Origin: Candidatus Aminicenantes bacterium
GTDB taxonomy: Bacteria > Acidobacteriota > Aminicenantia > UBA2199
Length of the DNA: 64,000 nt
NCBI GenBank assembly: GCA_963827565.1
Contig: CAWHBG010000001.1
Coordinates: forward strand, 348,575-412,574
Direction: 5' to 3'
Of this stretch, positions 47,469 to 57,509 are shown piece after piece. Positions within the stretch are counted from its first letter, which is position 1, and every line of letters begins with the position of its first letter. The notes under the pieces were generated by a model. That model searched no databases and had not been told where the DNA came from. It saw only the letters and a program-made list of their open reading frames with translations. The translations under genes were made by a program, and so were the position numbers.

Positions 47469-49243
47469 TGAACAGTAAAGAAACCGTGATAAAGAATCCT
47501 GCATCCAGCCTCGACCTGAAGCTTATAAAACGGCTTTTCCGTTATATGATCAAATACAGCCCGCTTATCATAATTTCGGTAGTTCTTCTTCTTCTTCTGA
47601 ATGCTGCTGGAGTTGTACAGCCTTATCTTATTAAGATAGGTATTGATGAGAATGTTATGAAAGGAGATATTGAAGGTTTGAAATCTCTCTCCCTTCTATT
47701 GTTCTCAATTATATTTATTGCTTTTGGTCTGAATTTTTTCTTCAATTATCTGGTCCAGTATATCGGGCAGAAGTTATTGATGGACCTGAGAATGGATCTT
47801 TTTAAACATGTTCTCAAACTTCCGAATTCATATTTTGACAGAACTCCGGTCGGTAAAACACTTACCAATATTACCAATGATGTAGAAGCGATCAGGGCAT
47901 TTATTTCAGAAGGGGTCGTTACTGTTGTCGGTGAATTACTTAAAGTTATCTTTATTCTGACAGCAATGTTTATGATTAATTTCAGGCTTGCATTGTTGAC
48001 ATTGATATCAATACCGGTGTTTGTGATTGGGACATTTCTATTCAGGAATAGTATCAGGAAGGGTTTTGCAGGAGTAAGAAAGGCTAATTCGGAGATTAAC
48101 ACATCTCTTATCGAAACTATTACCGGGATGAAAGAGATAATTTTATTTGATTATAAATCTAAAAGCAGAGACCGATTTGAAGTATCTAACAATAATTATC
48201 TATCTGCATATCTGAAGGTAATAAATGCATATTCGCTCTATTTTCCTATTATTGAGATAGTTTCAAATATAAGTATGATAGTTGTTTTCTTTTATGCACA
48301 TTCAATTGTCGGTCAAGCGATCAGAGTGGGTGAGATATTCGCTTTTTTTACATATATAAATATGTTCTTCAGGCCTTTACGTGAACTGGCTGAAAAATTC
48401 AACATGTTCCAGTCGGCAATGGCGGCATCGGAAAGAGCATTTAAGCTCCTTGACCGGGATATTACTATTCATAGCTTTCCAAACTCAATTAAGAGTGAGC
48501 AGAGGATTGGAGGAAAGATAGAGTTCCGAAATGTAAATTTTGAGTATAATGACGGAAACAGAATTCTTAAAGATCTTACTTTCAGTATCGGGAAAGGTGA
48601 AAAGATCGCATTGGTCGGAAACACCGGGAGCGGTAAAACAACTATTATCAATCTGATAAACAGGATATATGAAGTGAGCGATGGCTCTATCCTTATCGAT
48701 GACAGGGATATCAAAGATTATGATCTTGAGTATTTGAGGGAGCAGGTTGGTGTTGTGCCGCAGGACCCGTTCTTCTTTAACGGAAGTATTTATGAGAACC
48801 TTTCTCTATTTAAACCTAATCTTACCAGTGAAAGTGTAAAAAGATGTTCCGAAAGGGTTCATGCAGATAGTTTTATAAATAAATTTAGCAATGGATACGA
48901 TGAGCAGGTTCTTGAAGAGGGGAAAAAATTATCTTCCGGACAGAGGCAGCTCCTTAGTTTTACAAGAGCTCTGATTAAGGATCCGTCAATTATAATTCTT
49001 GATGAGGCTACTTCAAATATCGATTCTGAAACAGAGAGTTTTATTGAGGATGCTACCAGGAAACTTCTGGGTGACAGAACATCCATAATTATTGCCCACA
49101 GGCTTTCTACAATAAAGATGGTTGACCGGATAATTGTCCTTAAGGATGGAAAAATAGTAGAAGAGGGTGATCATTCAAAACTGATAAGTAAAAAAGGAGA
49201 GTATTTTAACCTTTATCAGTCTCAATCTTTTTTATTAAAATAA
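47468..49243 (+). CDS. Heterodimeric ABC exporter subunit (TMD-NBD)
   Basis: GNTGSGKTT, LSSGQRQL, ILDEAT, AHR; TAATG coupling to the upstream subunit. Confidence 0.9.
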   Translation: MNSKETVIKNPASSLDLKLIKRLFRYMIKYSPLIIISVVLLLLLNAAGVVQPYLIKIGIDENVMKGDIEGLKSLSLLLFSIIFIAFGLNFFFNYLVQYIGQKLLMDLRMDLFKHVLKLPNSYFDRTPVGKTLTNITNDVEAIRAFISEGVVTVVGELLKVIFILTAMFMINFRLALLTLISIPVFVIGTFLFRNSIRKGFAGVRKANSEINTSLIETITGMKEIILFDYKSKSRDRFEVSNNNYLSAYLKVINAYSLYFPIIEIVSNISMIVVFFYAHSIVGQAIRVGEIFAFFTYINMFFRPLRELAEKFNMFQSAMAASERAFKLLDRDITIHSFPNSIKSEQRIGGKIEFRNVNFEYNDGNRILKDLTFSIGKGEKIALVGNTGSGKTTIINLINRIYEVSDGSILIDDRDIKDYDLEYLREQVGVVPQDPFFFNGSIYENLSLFKPNLTSESVKRCSERVHADSFINKFSNGYDEQVLEEGKKLSSGQRQLLSFTRALIKDPSIIILDEATSNIDSETESFIEDATRKLLGDRTSIIIAHRLSTIKMVDRIIVLKDGKIVEEGDHSKLISKKGEYFNLYQSQSFLLK

Positions 49244-49325
49244 ATTTTTTTTTGTTGTATAATAAAAATATTAAATGTTATAATTTTACTGTTAATTATT
49301 AGGATTGATTTTATCAGGAGGATAA

Positions 49326-50807
49326 ATGAACTTTAAAACTAAGTCAATTTTAATTGTTTCTGTACTCATATTGTTTACATTCAGTATGACAGCTGCAGAT
49401 ACTATTAAGATCAGATCTGTTGGTAACGCACCTCTGCTTGGACTAAAGAGGGGACAGGTTATCGACAATGTTGATCAGTTGAAAATGCTGATGGAAAAGT
49501 ACAGTTCAAGAGTTGAAGAGGGATTGCAGAAAGTTGGAGCTGATTTTTTATTTCAGCCGATAATGGATGCAGTCGCTAATGGGAAAGTTAATGAGAAGGA
49601 AATGCCGGTTGGCACTCCTCTTAAATGGATGTTCTTTTATTCCGGAAAAAAAGTTCGCGACAAAGCGGACCTGGTATGGGCAGGGAAAGCTCCTCTTGCC
49701 GTATTTTGTATTCCGGTACAAAAAGATTGTAAAGATTACAAGGTAATCATCCCTAAGGCCTGTGGAAATATCACACTTGCTTCAGTAACAGACAGCAAAC
49801 CCGTTTGCGGAATTGTAGTTTCACCGGCAATTGTGAATCCGGGAGATCCTATTACAGTTGATGTAAGCAGTGCTAAATGTGCGCCTGTATCAGAGGTTTC
49901 AGTATATTTTGAAGGCAACAAAATTGAAACAAAGAACATTACTTCGGACAATCCTGTATGGAAGGCTGAGTTTAAGAACCCCGGAAAATACAAAATGACC
50001 GTAAGAGTGAAGGGCGTTAGTGGTGAATTCACTGATTCTGATTGTACTGCAGAAGTTACAGTTAATTATCCGCCGGTTTGTGACCTGAAAGTTACACCGG
50101 AAAAGGGTATGGTCGGAAAAACAATAACCATGGATGCTTCCGGCTCTACTGATAAAGATGGAAAGATCACAAAAGCCGAAATAACTATTCTTAATAAAAA
50201 GACCAATGCTGAAATTGAGAAAAAAGTTATTGATGCTGCTCCTTTTGTATGGGAAAGAAAATTCAAAAAAGCTGGTGAGTACACCATTCTTCTGAAGGTT
50301 TCAGATGATTATGGTGCGATGTCTGCAAATAATTGCCAGTTCGACCTTCGTGTTGAAAAGCGCCTCTATTTCCTCGTTGAGGGTGGCCCGGGAGCTGCAA
50401 AAGGTACTTATACCGGGGTGGCGTTTGCACGTGCCGGTATACAATACTTTATTGTTCCTCAGAAATTTAGTGTGATCGCTTCTTTGGGTTATGCGTTTGT
50501 ACTTTCAGGAGAACCTTTTGTTAACCATTTCCTCTCTAATCTTTTGGTGAATGGACATTTTAACAAATTCTTCCTGGGTGCAGGAATCGGTTTCAGTTCT
50601 AAAGTAAGAGAAGCTACATTGAGTGATGGTGTGATGCTCGCTGAGTGGAACTCGGATTTTGACATTGTTTTTAATGTCGGTCTTGATATCATTGAAACAG
50701 CATCTGGAAAAGGCTCCATCTTTGGTGAACTCAGAGTTCCGATCAAAGAGGGATACACTTTTGAACATTATCACGAAATACTCTTGGGATTCCGTTATAT
50801 TTTTTAG
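49326..50807 (+). CDS. PKD-domain outer membrane protein with C-terminal beta-barrel
   Basis: Signal peptide; PKD motifs (TMDASGSTDKDGKI, FKKAGEYTILLKVSDD); amphipathic C-terminal strands ending GFRYIF. Confidence 0.75.
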   Translation: MNFKTKSILIVSVLILFTFSMTAADTIKIRSVGNAPLLGLKRGQVIDNVDQLKMLMEKYSSRVEEGLQKVGADFLFQPIMDAVANGKVNEKEMPVGTPLKWMFFYSGKKVRDKADLVWAGKAPLAVFCIPVQKDCKDYKVIIPKACGNITLASVTDSKPVCGIVVSPAIVNPGDPITVDVSSAKCAPVSEVSVYFEGNKIETKNITSDNPVWKAEFKNPGKYKMTVRVKGVSGEFTDSDCTAEVTVNYPPVCDLKVTPEKGMVGKTITMDASGSTDKDGKITKAEITILNKKTNAEIEKKVIDAAPFVWERKFKKAGEYTILLKVSDDYGAMSANNCQFDLRVEKRLYFLVEGGPGAAKGTYTGVAFARAGIQYFIVPQKFSVIASLGYAFVLSGEPFVNHFLSNLLVNGHFNKFFLGAGIGFSSKVREATLSDGVMLAEWNSDFDIVFNVGLDIIETASGKGSIFGELRVPIKEGYTFEHYHEILLGFRYIF

Positions 50808-50829
50808 TACAGAAAATTAAGTAAATATA

Positions 50830-50858
50830 AAGGGGCAGGTTTGACCTGCCCCTTCTTT
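50830..50858 (+). terminator. Rho-independent terminator
   Basis: AAGGGGCAGGT-TTG-ACCTGCCCCTT followed by CTTT. Confidence 0.75.
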
Positions 50859-50987
50859 CCCGCAAAATTTCCAAACTTTTATAATTCATCAAAATCAGAG
50901 ATTTTTAGTAAAATTTTTTCATAATAAACCAGATTCAAGTCACTTTTTTTTATGATATAATATTGTTAAATACAAACAGGAGAGCCA

Positions 50988-51737
50988 ATGAAAGTACTGT
51001 TTTCAGGAAGGGTTAATCTGCATCATCAGAAGCAGGATAATGTAGTAAGGAGTATTGAATCTCTCTATAAAAAAATGGGGATCAATTATGTCTTTATCGA
51101 TGATGAAGTGAAATGCGGTGAGGCATCAATGAATCTCGGACTTACCAATGATGCTGAAAAAGTTGTAAATACATTTATGAGGCAGGTCAGTGAAATAAAG
51201 CCTGATGTTATTGTTTCCCCTTATGCAGCGGGAGTTGCCAAATACAGATTTGAGGTACCGAAGAAGTATGGGATTGAATTAGGTGTACCATATATCCATA
51301 TTACCCAGTTCCTCGCTGAAAATATTAAAAAGTTCAGTGGTAAATTTGAAAAATTCCCCCATAGATATTTTATTCATCATGGCTGCACAATGGGTAGAAA
51401 GATCGGGGAATACCATTTTGTAAGGGAAATCCTGGGACTTGTGCCCGAAATCGATCTTTGTGAGGAAGATCATCCGACAGCAGTATTGGAAGGGAGAGAT
51501 ATCGCTGAATATAATACATGTCCCGGATCATGGCTTAATATGTCCCAACCGGAGTTATCCGATTTTATAAAAGAGAATTATATCCTTGAGGTTATCGAAC
51601 CTGCTGCCCCGGAATTTGTGGGGTCCAGTTGTGCAAATGGACACTATGGAATATCGCAGGGACTTGAAATTGCAGAATTAGATAATGTTACACCGTTATA
51701 TTTTACTGAATTGCTGGATAAGGTATGGAGGGATTAA
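50988..51737 (+). CDS. Degenerate CCG-domain (Fe-S)-binding protein, LutA/HdrB-like
   Basis: Two-repeat CCG fold (KCG, HITQFLAE, HHGCTMGR, TCPG, SSCANG); coupled to lutB. Confidence 0.7.
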   Translation: MKVLFSGRVNLHHQKQDNVVRSIESLYKKMGINYVFIDDEVKCGEASMNLGLTNDAEKVVNTFMRQVSEIKPDVIVSPYAAGVAKYRFEVPKKYGIELGVPYIHITQFLAENIKKFSGKFEKFPHRYFIHHGCTMGRKIGEYHFVREILGLVPEIDLCEEDHPTAVLEGRDIAEYNTCPGSWLNMSQPELSDFIKENYILEVIEPAAPEFVGSSCANGHYGISQGLEIAELDNVTPLYFTELLDKVWRD

Positions 51738-53026
51738 TGACTGAAAAAGAGAAAGTATCAAAAGAGTTCAAGGAGCTTTATAATAACTATATGGCGGAGC
51801 TGATAGGTGATGGTGCTCTTAATGATGATCTGAGAGAGGCTATTTCACGTGCAAAGACTTCTTACAGACAGAATCTGAAAAATTCTCTGGAAGCATTTCC
51901 TGAATCACAGGAGTATATCGAAAAAGCTCAGAAAATAAAAGAGCATTCCATCGATAACCTCGAAAAACTGGTTGATCAGACCATGAAAGCTGTGGAAAGA
52001 AATCATGGTAAGGCCTATCTGGCAAAAGATGCTGAGGATGCAAACAGGATAATAAGTGAGATCATTGGTGATCCTTCCAAGCTGATAGTAAAGGGAAAAA
52101 GCCTTACATCGGAGGAAACCCATCTGAGGCAGCATCTACAAGCTGAAGGGCATGAAGTGTGGGAAACAGACCTTGGAGAATTTCTTGTACAATTAAAAGG
52201 TGGACGGCCCATGCATACTCTTGCACCTGCAGTTGATCTGAAAAGGGAAGAAGCTTCAAAATTGATATCAAAAGCGACAGGGGAAAAAATATCTGAAACT
52301 AATATAGAAGAGATGGTTATGGCTGTCAAAAAATTTCTACGTCAGAAATATGTTGATTCCGATGTGGGGATCAGCGGAGCCAATGCAATCGCTGCTGAGA
52401 CAGGGACTCTTTTTATTATTGAGAACGAGGGAAATATAAAACTGTCTACTGCACTTCAGGAAAAGCATATTGCATTAGTTGGTGTTGAGAAAATAGTTCC
52501 AACACTTGATGATGCATTTCATATCTCCAAGACTACATGGAGATTTGCAAACTATATTGTCCCTTCATATGTACATATGATATCGGGGCCGTCAAAAACC
52601 GGTGATATTGAGAAGGTTATTACTTATGGTGCACATGGACCGAGAGAATTTCATCTTGTACTTCTTGATAACGGCAGGTTAAAACTGTCTAAAGACCAGG
52701 AGTTTAAAGAACTGCTTAAATGTCAGAAATGTGGTGCCTGTATGTATGAATGCCCTGTTTTCTGGGTAACGGCAGGCCATTTCGGGACTCAATATCCGGG
52801 TGGTATAGGCACTTTATGGGATGCTTTTGTAGCAAAGGATATGAAAGAAGCGGCTCCCGCCGCTTATTCATGTGCTCTTTGTGCAAGGTGTGGTGTCCGG
52901 TGTCCGATGGGAATAGATTCCTCAAAACTTATTCAGAAATTGAGGGATCAATTAGTTCAGAAGGGGTATAGACCCGATGTTGTTGATGAGGTCTCGGAAC
53001 AATTCTTCGGTGAGCTTGAAGATTAG
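51737..53026 (+). CDS. lutB: LUD-domain / 2x[4Fe-4S] protein (lactate utilization protein B-like)
   Basis: VKGKSLTSEE, ETDLGEFLVQ, ENEGN, SGPSKTGDIE..GAHGP, CQKCGACMYECP, CALCARCGVRCP. Confidence 0.8.
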   Translation: MTEKEKVSKEFKELYNNYMAELIGDGALNDDLREAISRAKTSYRQNLKNSLEAFPESQEYIEKAQKIKEHSIDNLEKLVDQTMKAVERNHGKAYLAKDAEDANRIISEIIGDPSKLIVKGKSLTSEETHLRQHLQAEGHEVWETDLGEFLVQLKGGRPMHTLAPAVDLKREEASKLISKATGEKISETNIEEMVMAVKKFLRQKYVDSDVGISGANAIAAETGTLFIIENEGNIKLSTALQEKHIALVGVEKIVPTLDDAFHISKTTWRFANYIVPSYVHMISGPSKTGDIEKVITYGAHGPREFHLVLLDNGRLKLSKDQEFKELLKCQKCGACMYECPVFWVTAGHFGTQYPGGIGTLWDAFVAKDMKEAAPAAYSCALCARCGVRCPMGIDSSKLIQKLRDQLVQKGYRPDVVDEVSEQFFGELED

Positions 53027-53112
53027 TGATAATACTTCAACCAATAGATAAAGTAAAATTATAACTGTATAATGTAAACACCTGATCATAAGATTTCGTA
53101 ACAGGTAATATA

Positions 53113-54237
53113 ATGGGATCCGGTGTAAAGTTGAAAAAAATTATAATTCTTAGTTTATTGTTTATTTTTTTTGCCATCGATAGTTTTCCTGAATCTGAGT
53201 TTTCTGGATATTATGAGAACAGGTTTTTTCTGATATTTAACACTGCTTCAATTGAAAACAGTAATAATAAGATACAGACCGGAGATTACAACAGATTAAG
53301 ATTGATCCTGAGATCGACTCCATCCAAAAAAGTTAGAATAAATGTTGCAGTAGATTTTTTTTCAATTTACGGATCGGTTATGACACCTGCCGGAGTAAAT
53401 GATTCACAATTAGAAGAAAATATCAGTTCTATTGAGAAGATCAATCTGGACAGAATATATGCAGATCTATATTTTAAATATTTTGATCTGAGTGTCGGAA
53501 AACAGAGAGTTGCAATGGGGGTTTCCTACCTATGGGCACCTCTTGATATTTTTAACAGAGTAAACTTCCTTGAGCCGAAAGAAGAGAAGCCTGGAGTTAA
53601 TGCCATAAAACTGTATGCTCCGATCGGGAAAAACAAATCGGTAACAGCTGTTTTTCTTCCCGGTGAAGATACCGGGTCCTCAGGCAAGGCTCTCAAATTC
53701 AAATGGACTTTGTTGAATATTGACTTAGGATTTACTTATATCAGTGATTATCAGATATATAATGATGTGACCGGTATTGATCTTAGAGGAGAAAATTTCG
53801 TCGGCTGGTGGTTAGAATACGGATATTTCCGGACAATATCCGGCAATTATGGAAAGTTTGTTTTTGGGATGGATTATACTTTCCCGATAGGTCAGGGAAT
53901 ATACTGGCTGAATGAATATTATCATGATGGTAACGGGGAAACAGATCCCGGAAATTATGAATATGAACTTGTACAGAATGGTGACCGGTTCACTTTGGGA
54001 AAAAATTATCTGCTTTCAATGCTGAGATACGGTGTTTCAGATTTTGCATCGATATCTCTCAGTTATATCGGGAATCTGGATGATGGAAGTTTTATTATGA
54101 ATCCGGCATTCTCATATGAATTGTTCAACAATGTATCGCTCACTTCGGGATTCTATCTGCCGATGGGTAAATCGGGTGGGGAACTTAATAATCAGAGTAT
54201 CGGCGCATTTTTTCTCTGGCTTAAAATAAACTTTTAA
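53113..54237 (+). CDS. Putative outer membrane beta-barrel protein
   Basis: Signal peptide, LDRIYADL..DLSVGKQRV..G, EEKPGVNA, C-terminal WLKINF. Confidence 0.72.
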   Translation: MGSGVKLKKIIILSLLFIFFAIDSFPESEFSGYYENRFFLIFNTASIENSNNKIQTGDYNRLRLILRSTPSKKVRINVAVDFFSIYGSVMTPAGVNDSQLEENISSIEKINLDRIYADLYFKYFDLSVGKQRVAMGVSYLWAPLDIFNRVNFLEPKEEKPGVNAIKLYAPIGKNKSVTAVFLPGEDTGSSGKALKFKWTLLNIDLGFTYISDYQIYNDVTGIDLRGENFVGWWLEYGYFRTISGNYGKFVFGMDYTFPIGQGIYWLNEYYHDGNGETDPGNYEYELVQNGDRFTLGKNYLLSMLRYGVSDFASISLSYIGNLDDGSFIMNPAFSYELFNNVSLTSGFYLPMGKSGGELNNQSIGAFFLWLKINF

Positions 54238-54248
54238 CGGAGGTAGTG

Positions 54249-54938
54249 ATGTCGCAATTGGAGTTTGAAAACATTTCAAGGATCTACAGAACCGGAGATA
54301 TAGAATCATATGCACTGAGATCTGTCTCTTTTAAAATCGATAGAGGGGAATTTGTGTCGATCGCAGGGCCGTCAGGATCAGGGAAAACAACAATCTTAAA
54401 TATAGTCGGTTGTCTTGATAATGCTACTTCGGGCAAATATATTCTGGATGGGGAAGATATCAATTCAAGAAGCGACAACGCTCTTGCTCTCATCAGGAGA
54501 AATAAGATAGGCTTTGTTTTCCAGACCTTCAATCTTATCCCGATCTTATCTGCTTTTGAAAATGTTGAATTCCCGTTAATATTGAAAGGGGGGATGACAC
54601 CTTCTGAGAGATCCGGGAAAGTTGAATCAATTCTGGATGAGGTCGGGCTACTTGAACTGAAGAATAGAAAACCTTCTGAATTGAGCGGTGGACAGCAGCA
54701 GAGAGTATCTATTGCCAGAGCACTTGTAAAGGGGCCTGAACTCGTCCTTGCAGATGAACCTACGGCCAATCTTGATTCGGTATCCGGAAAGGATGTTCTT
54801 GACCTGATGCTCGATCTGAACAAAAAACTGGGTGTTACTTTTATTTTCTCGACTCACGATCAAATGGTCATGGATTATGCGAAAAGATTGATAATGCTGA
54901 AGGACGGGCTTATAGAATCTGATAAGAAGAGAGGATAG
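54249..54938 (+). CDS. ABC transporter ATPase (LolD/MacB family)
   Basis: GPSGSGKT, IGFVFQTFNL, LSGGQQQRV, LADEPTANLD, STHD. Confidence 0.92.
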   Translation: MSQLEFENISRIYRTGDIESYALRSVSFKIDRGEFVSIAGPSGSGKTTILNIVGCLDNATSGKYILDGEDINSRSDNALALIRRNKIGFVFQTFNLIPILSAFENVEFPLILKGGMTPSERSGKVESILDEVGLLELKNRKPSELSGGQQQRVSIARALVKGPELVLADEPTANLDSVSGKDVLDLMLDLNKKLGVTFIFSTHDQMVMDYAKRLIMLKDGLIESDKKRG

Positions 54939-54942
54939 AAAA

Positions 54943-56212
54943 ATGAGCCTGATAAAAATGGGGATGAGGAACATTTTCCGGTTTAAACGGAGGACCTTTA
55001 TCACCCTTTCCTCGGTTTCCCTGGGCCTTGCGCTGCTAATCATCGGGATCACCATGATGAACGGAGTGGATAAACACTCCCTGAACAATATCATCGACAG
55101 TCAAACTTCTCATTTGAAAGTATTCCGGGAAGGTTATTTTGAGGAGAAGGATGAATTACCGGTGGATAAGATTATTGATGAGTCGGATGCCCTGCTGAAA
55201 AATATCCGGAACCTGGAGCAGGTAAACGGTGCCGAGAAGAGGGTGTTGTTCCCAGGCAGCCTGATCAAAGGGAGTGATGAGCTTCCCTGTATCGGAGTGG
55301 GGATGGAGACCGGATTTGATGAGTCGGTTTTTAATATCCGGCAATCCCTCATCGATGGTGAATGGATCGAAGAGGGGAGAATACCAAATCCTCCTGGGAA
55401 AAAGTTTTGCGGATGACCTGGGGCTCGGAGTGGGTGATATAGTGACCGCCAGGGTAATCACTTCAAGAACTGACGATCAATTCAGTTGGAATGCGGTGGA
55501 TTTTGAGATCAAGGGGATATTTGATACCGCCAATCCAAACATAAACAGTGCCTATGTCTTTCTGCCCATCGAAGTGGCCCAGGAAGTGATGAGTCTCGGA
55601 TCAGGGATTACGGAGATAGTTGTCCGGTTGAAATCTGATGACAGCGCGGTGCTGAGTACGGTGAGAGAGACCCTTGAAGAATTGATTAAAGAAACCGGTG
55701 CCCCCCTCAGTGTTTTTTCCTGGGATGACCTGGCCGGAGATTTTCAGGCCATCAGTCAAATGAAAACAAAAAATACGTCCATGCTCATCATGATCATGCT
55801 TTTTATCGCATCCATGGGCATCGTTAATACCATGCTGATGGCCGTGCTGGAGCGGACACGGGAGATCGGGATGATGATGGCGCTGGGGATGAAAAAATCT
55901 GAGATAAAAAGAGTGTTTCTTTTTGAAGGCGGGTTTATTGGTGTGCTGGGATCTCTGGTGGGGTGTATCCTTGGATCTCTGGGAAGCTGGCTTCTTGAGA
56001 TCTACGGGATCTCTCTGAAGTCCATGGGTGAGAACTATAATGAAATTGTGTCAGCCTTCTACCCGTTGAAAGATAAATTCTATGCCGACCTCACATTCGG
56101 ACCCGTATTTTGGACATTCCTTTTGGGAACATTGATTTCCGTGGTTGCCACCTATTATCCGGCAAGCCGGGCGGCGAAGATGGATCCGGTGGAAGCCCTG
56201 AGGCATTTTTAG
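54943..56212 (+). CDS. ABC transporter permease (MacB/LolC-E family), split by one extra G near 55374-55378
   Basis: RNIFRFKRRT N-terminus in one frame; GEYQILLG...ERTREIGMMMALG...PASRAAKMDPVEALR in the next. The 1270 nt span is 3n+1. Confidence 0.82.
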
Positions 56213-56222
56213 GAGAAGACCC

Positions 56223-57497
56223 ATGGTTATAAATATTCTGAAACTGGGATGGAAAAACATTTCCAGAAATAAAAAACGCTCACTGTTCACCATCATTGCT
56301 ATCACGGTGGGGATTACTATGCTGGTCTTTGCCTCAAGTTATATCGAGGGGATCATGAACAGCACCTCCGAGGTGGCCAGGAATATGCGGACCGGCCATG
56401 TAAAGATCATGACCTCGGAATTCGCCAGGTTGGAACGGATCATGCCAAAAGAAGAGCTGATCTTGAATTCCGGCGAACTTGAGAACAGGATCAGTCAGAT
56501 GGACGGAGTAACCCTGGTCAGTCCCATGGTGAAGTTCAATGCCCTGATCAGTAGAGGGGAGAAGAATGAGCCTGCACTTGTGGTGGGCGGAAAGCCGGAA
56601 AACCTGGACGGTCATATGAACCTGAGAGAGTCGGTGATCTCAGGGAGCTATTTAAGCGGCACGGGAAAAGAGGTTCTGGTGGGTAGGATCTTTGCGGAAG
56701 AAATGGGTATCAAAGTGGGAGATGAACTGCTTCTGGTGACCACGGATATAAATTATTCCACCTACGCCCTTCCCTTTACGGTCGCCGGGATTTTCAATAC
56801 CGGGTATACCTACATGGACAAGCACCTCCTTTTTGTCCCTCTGGACCTGGGAAGGGAAATCCTGGACTGCGGTGACGCGTCCCATGAGATACTCATCTAT
56901 CTGGATCATCAGGATCGGGCCGATGAGAAAGCTGGAGAAATAAGGGAGCTGTTCCGTTCCGGGGGTTTCGGGGAATTCCCTGTTGCCATCACCTGGGAAG
57001 AAGATGAGATCATCGGCGAACTGATGCCCATGGCGAAACAGATCTGGCAGAGCATCCTGTGGATTATCCTCCTGATCGTTGCACTGGTGATTCTGAACAC
57101 CATGCTGATGATCGTCATGGAGAGATATCAGGAGATTGGTGTCCTGAAAGCCATGGGCCTCCGGAACCGGGAAGTCTTTTCCATGATCGTCACCGAAGCG
57201 GTTTTTATCGGCGCCATTGGTTCTTTTTTCGGTATTGTGCTGGGTGGAGGTCTCTCCCTTTGGTTGGAAAAAACCGGAATAAATTTCAGTGAAATGATCG
57301 GCAAAGAGATGTGGGAAAAATTTGATATGCCAACGGTGCTGTTCGGGAATATTATTTATCCAGACCTTACTGTCGATATGTTGGTAAAATCCTTCTTTTT
57401 CGGCTTGATGATCGCAGTGATCGCCGTGTTGTACCCGGCCTATAAATCGTCAAAAATGCTCCCGGCCGAAGCATTCCGGTCAAAATTAAAAGTATGA
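56223..57497 (+). CDS. ABC transporter permease (MacB/LolC-E family)
   Basis: WKNISRNKKRS, ERYQEIGVLKAMG, YPAYKSSKMLPAEA. Confidence 0.88.
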   Translation: MVINILKLGWKNISRNKKRSLFTIIAITVGITMLVFASSYIEGIMNSTSEVARNMRTGHVKIMTSEFARLERIMPKEELILNSGELENRISQMDGVTLVSPMVKFNALISRGEKNEPALVVGGKPENLDGHMNLRESVISGSYLSGTGKEVLVGRIFAEEMGIKVGDELLLVTTDINYSTYALPFTVAGIFNTGYTYMDKHLLFVPLDLGREILDCGDASHEILIYLDHQDRADEKAGEIRELFRSGGFGEFPVAITWEEDEIIGELMPMAKQIWQSILWIILLIVALVILNTMLMIVMERYQEIGVLKAMGLRNREVFSMIVTEAVFIGAIGSFFGIVLGGGLSLWLEKTGINFSEMIGKEMWEKFDMPTVLFGNIIYPDLTVDMLVKSFFFGLMIAVIAVLYPAYKSSKMLPAEAFRSKLKV

Positions 57498-57509
57498 TGT
57501 GAGGTCCAA

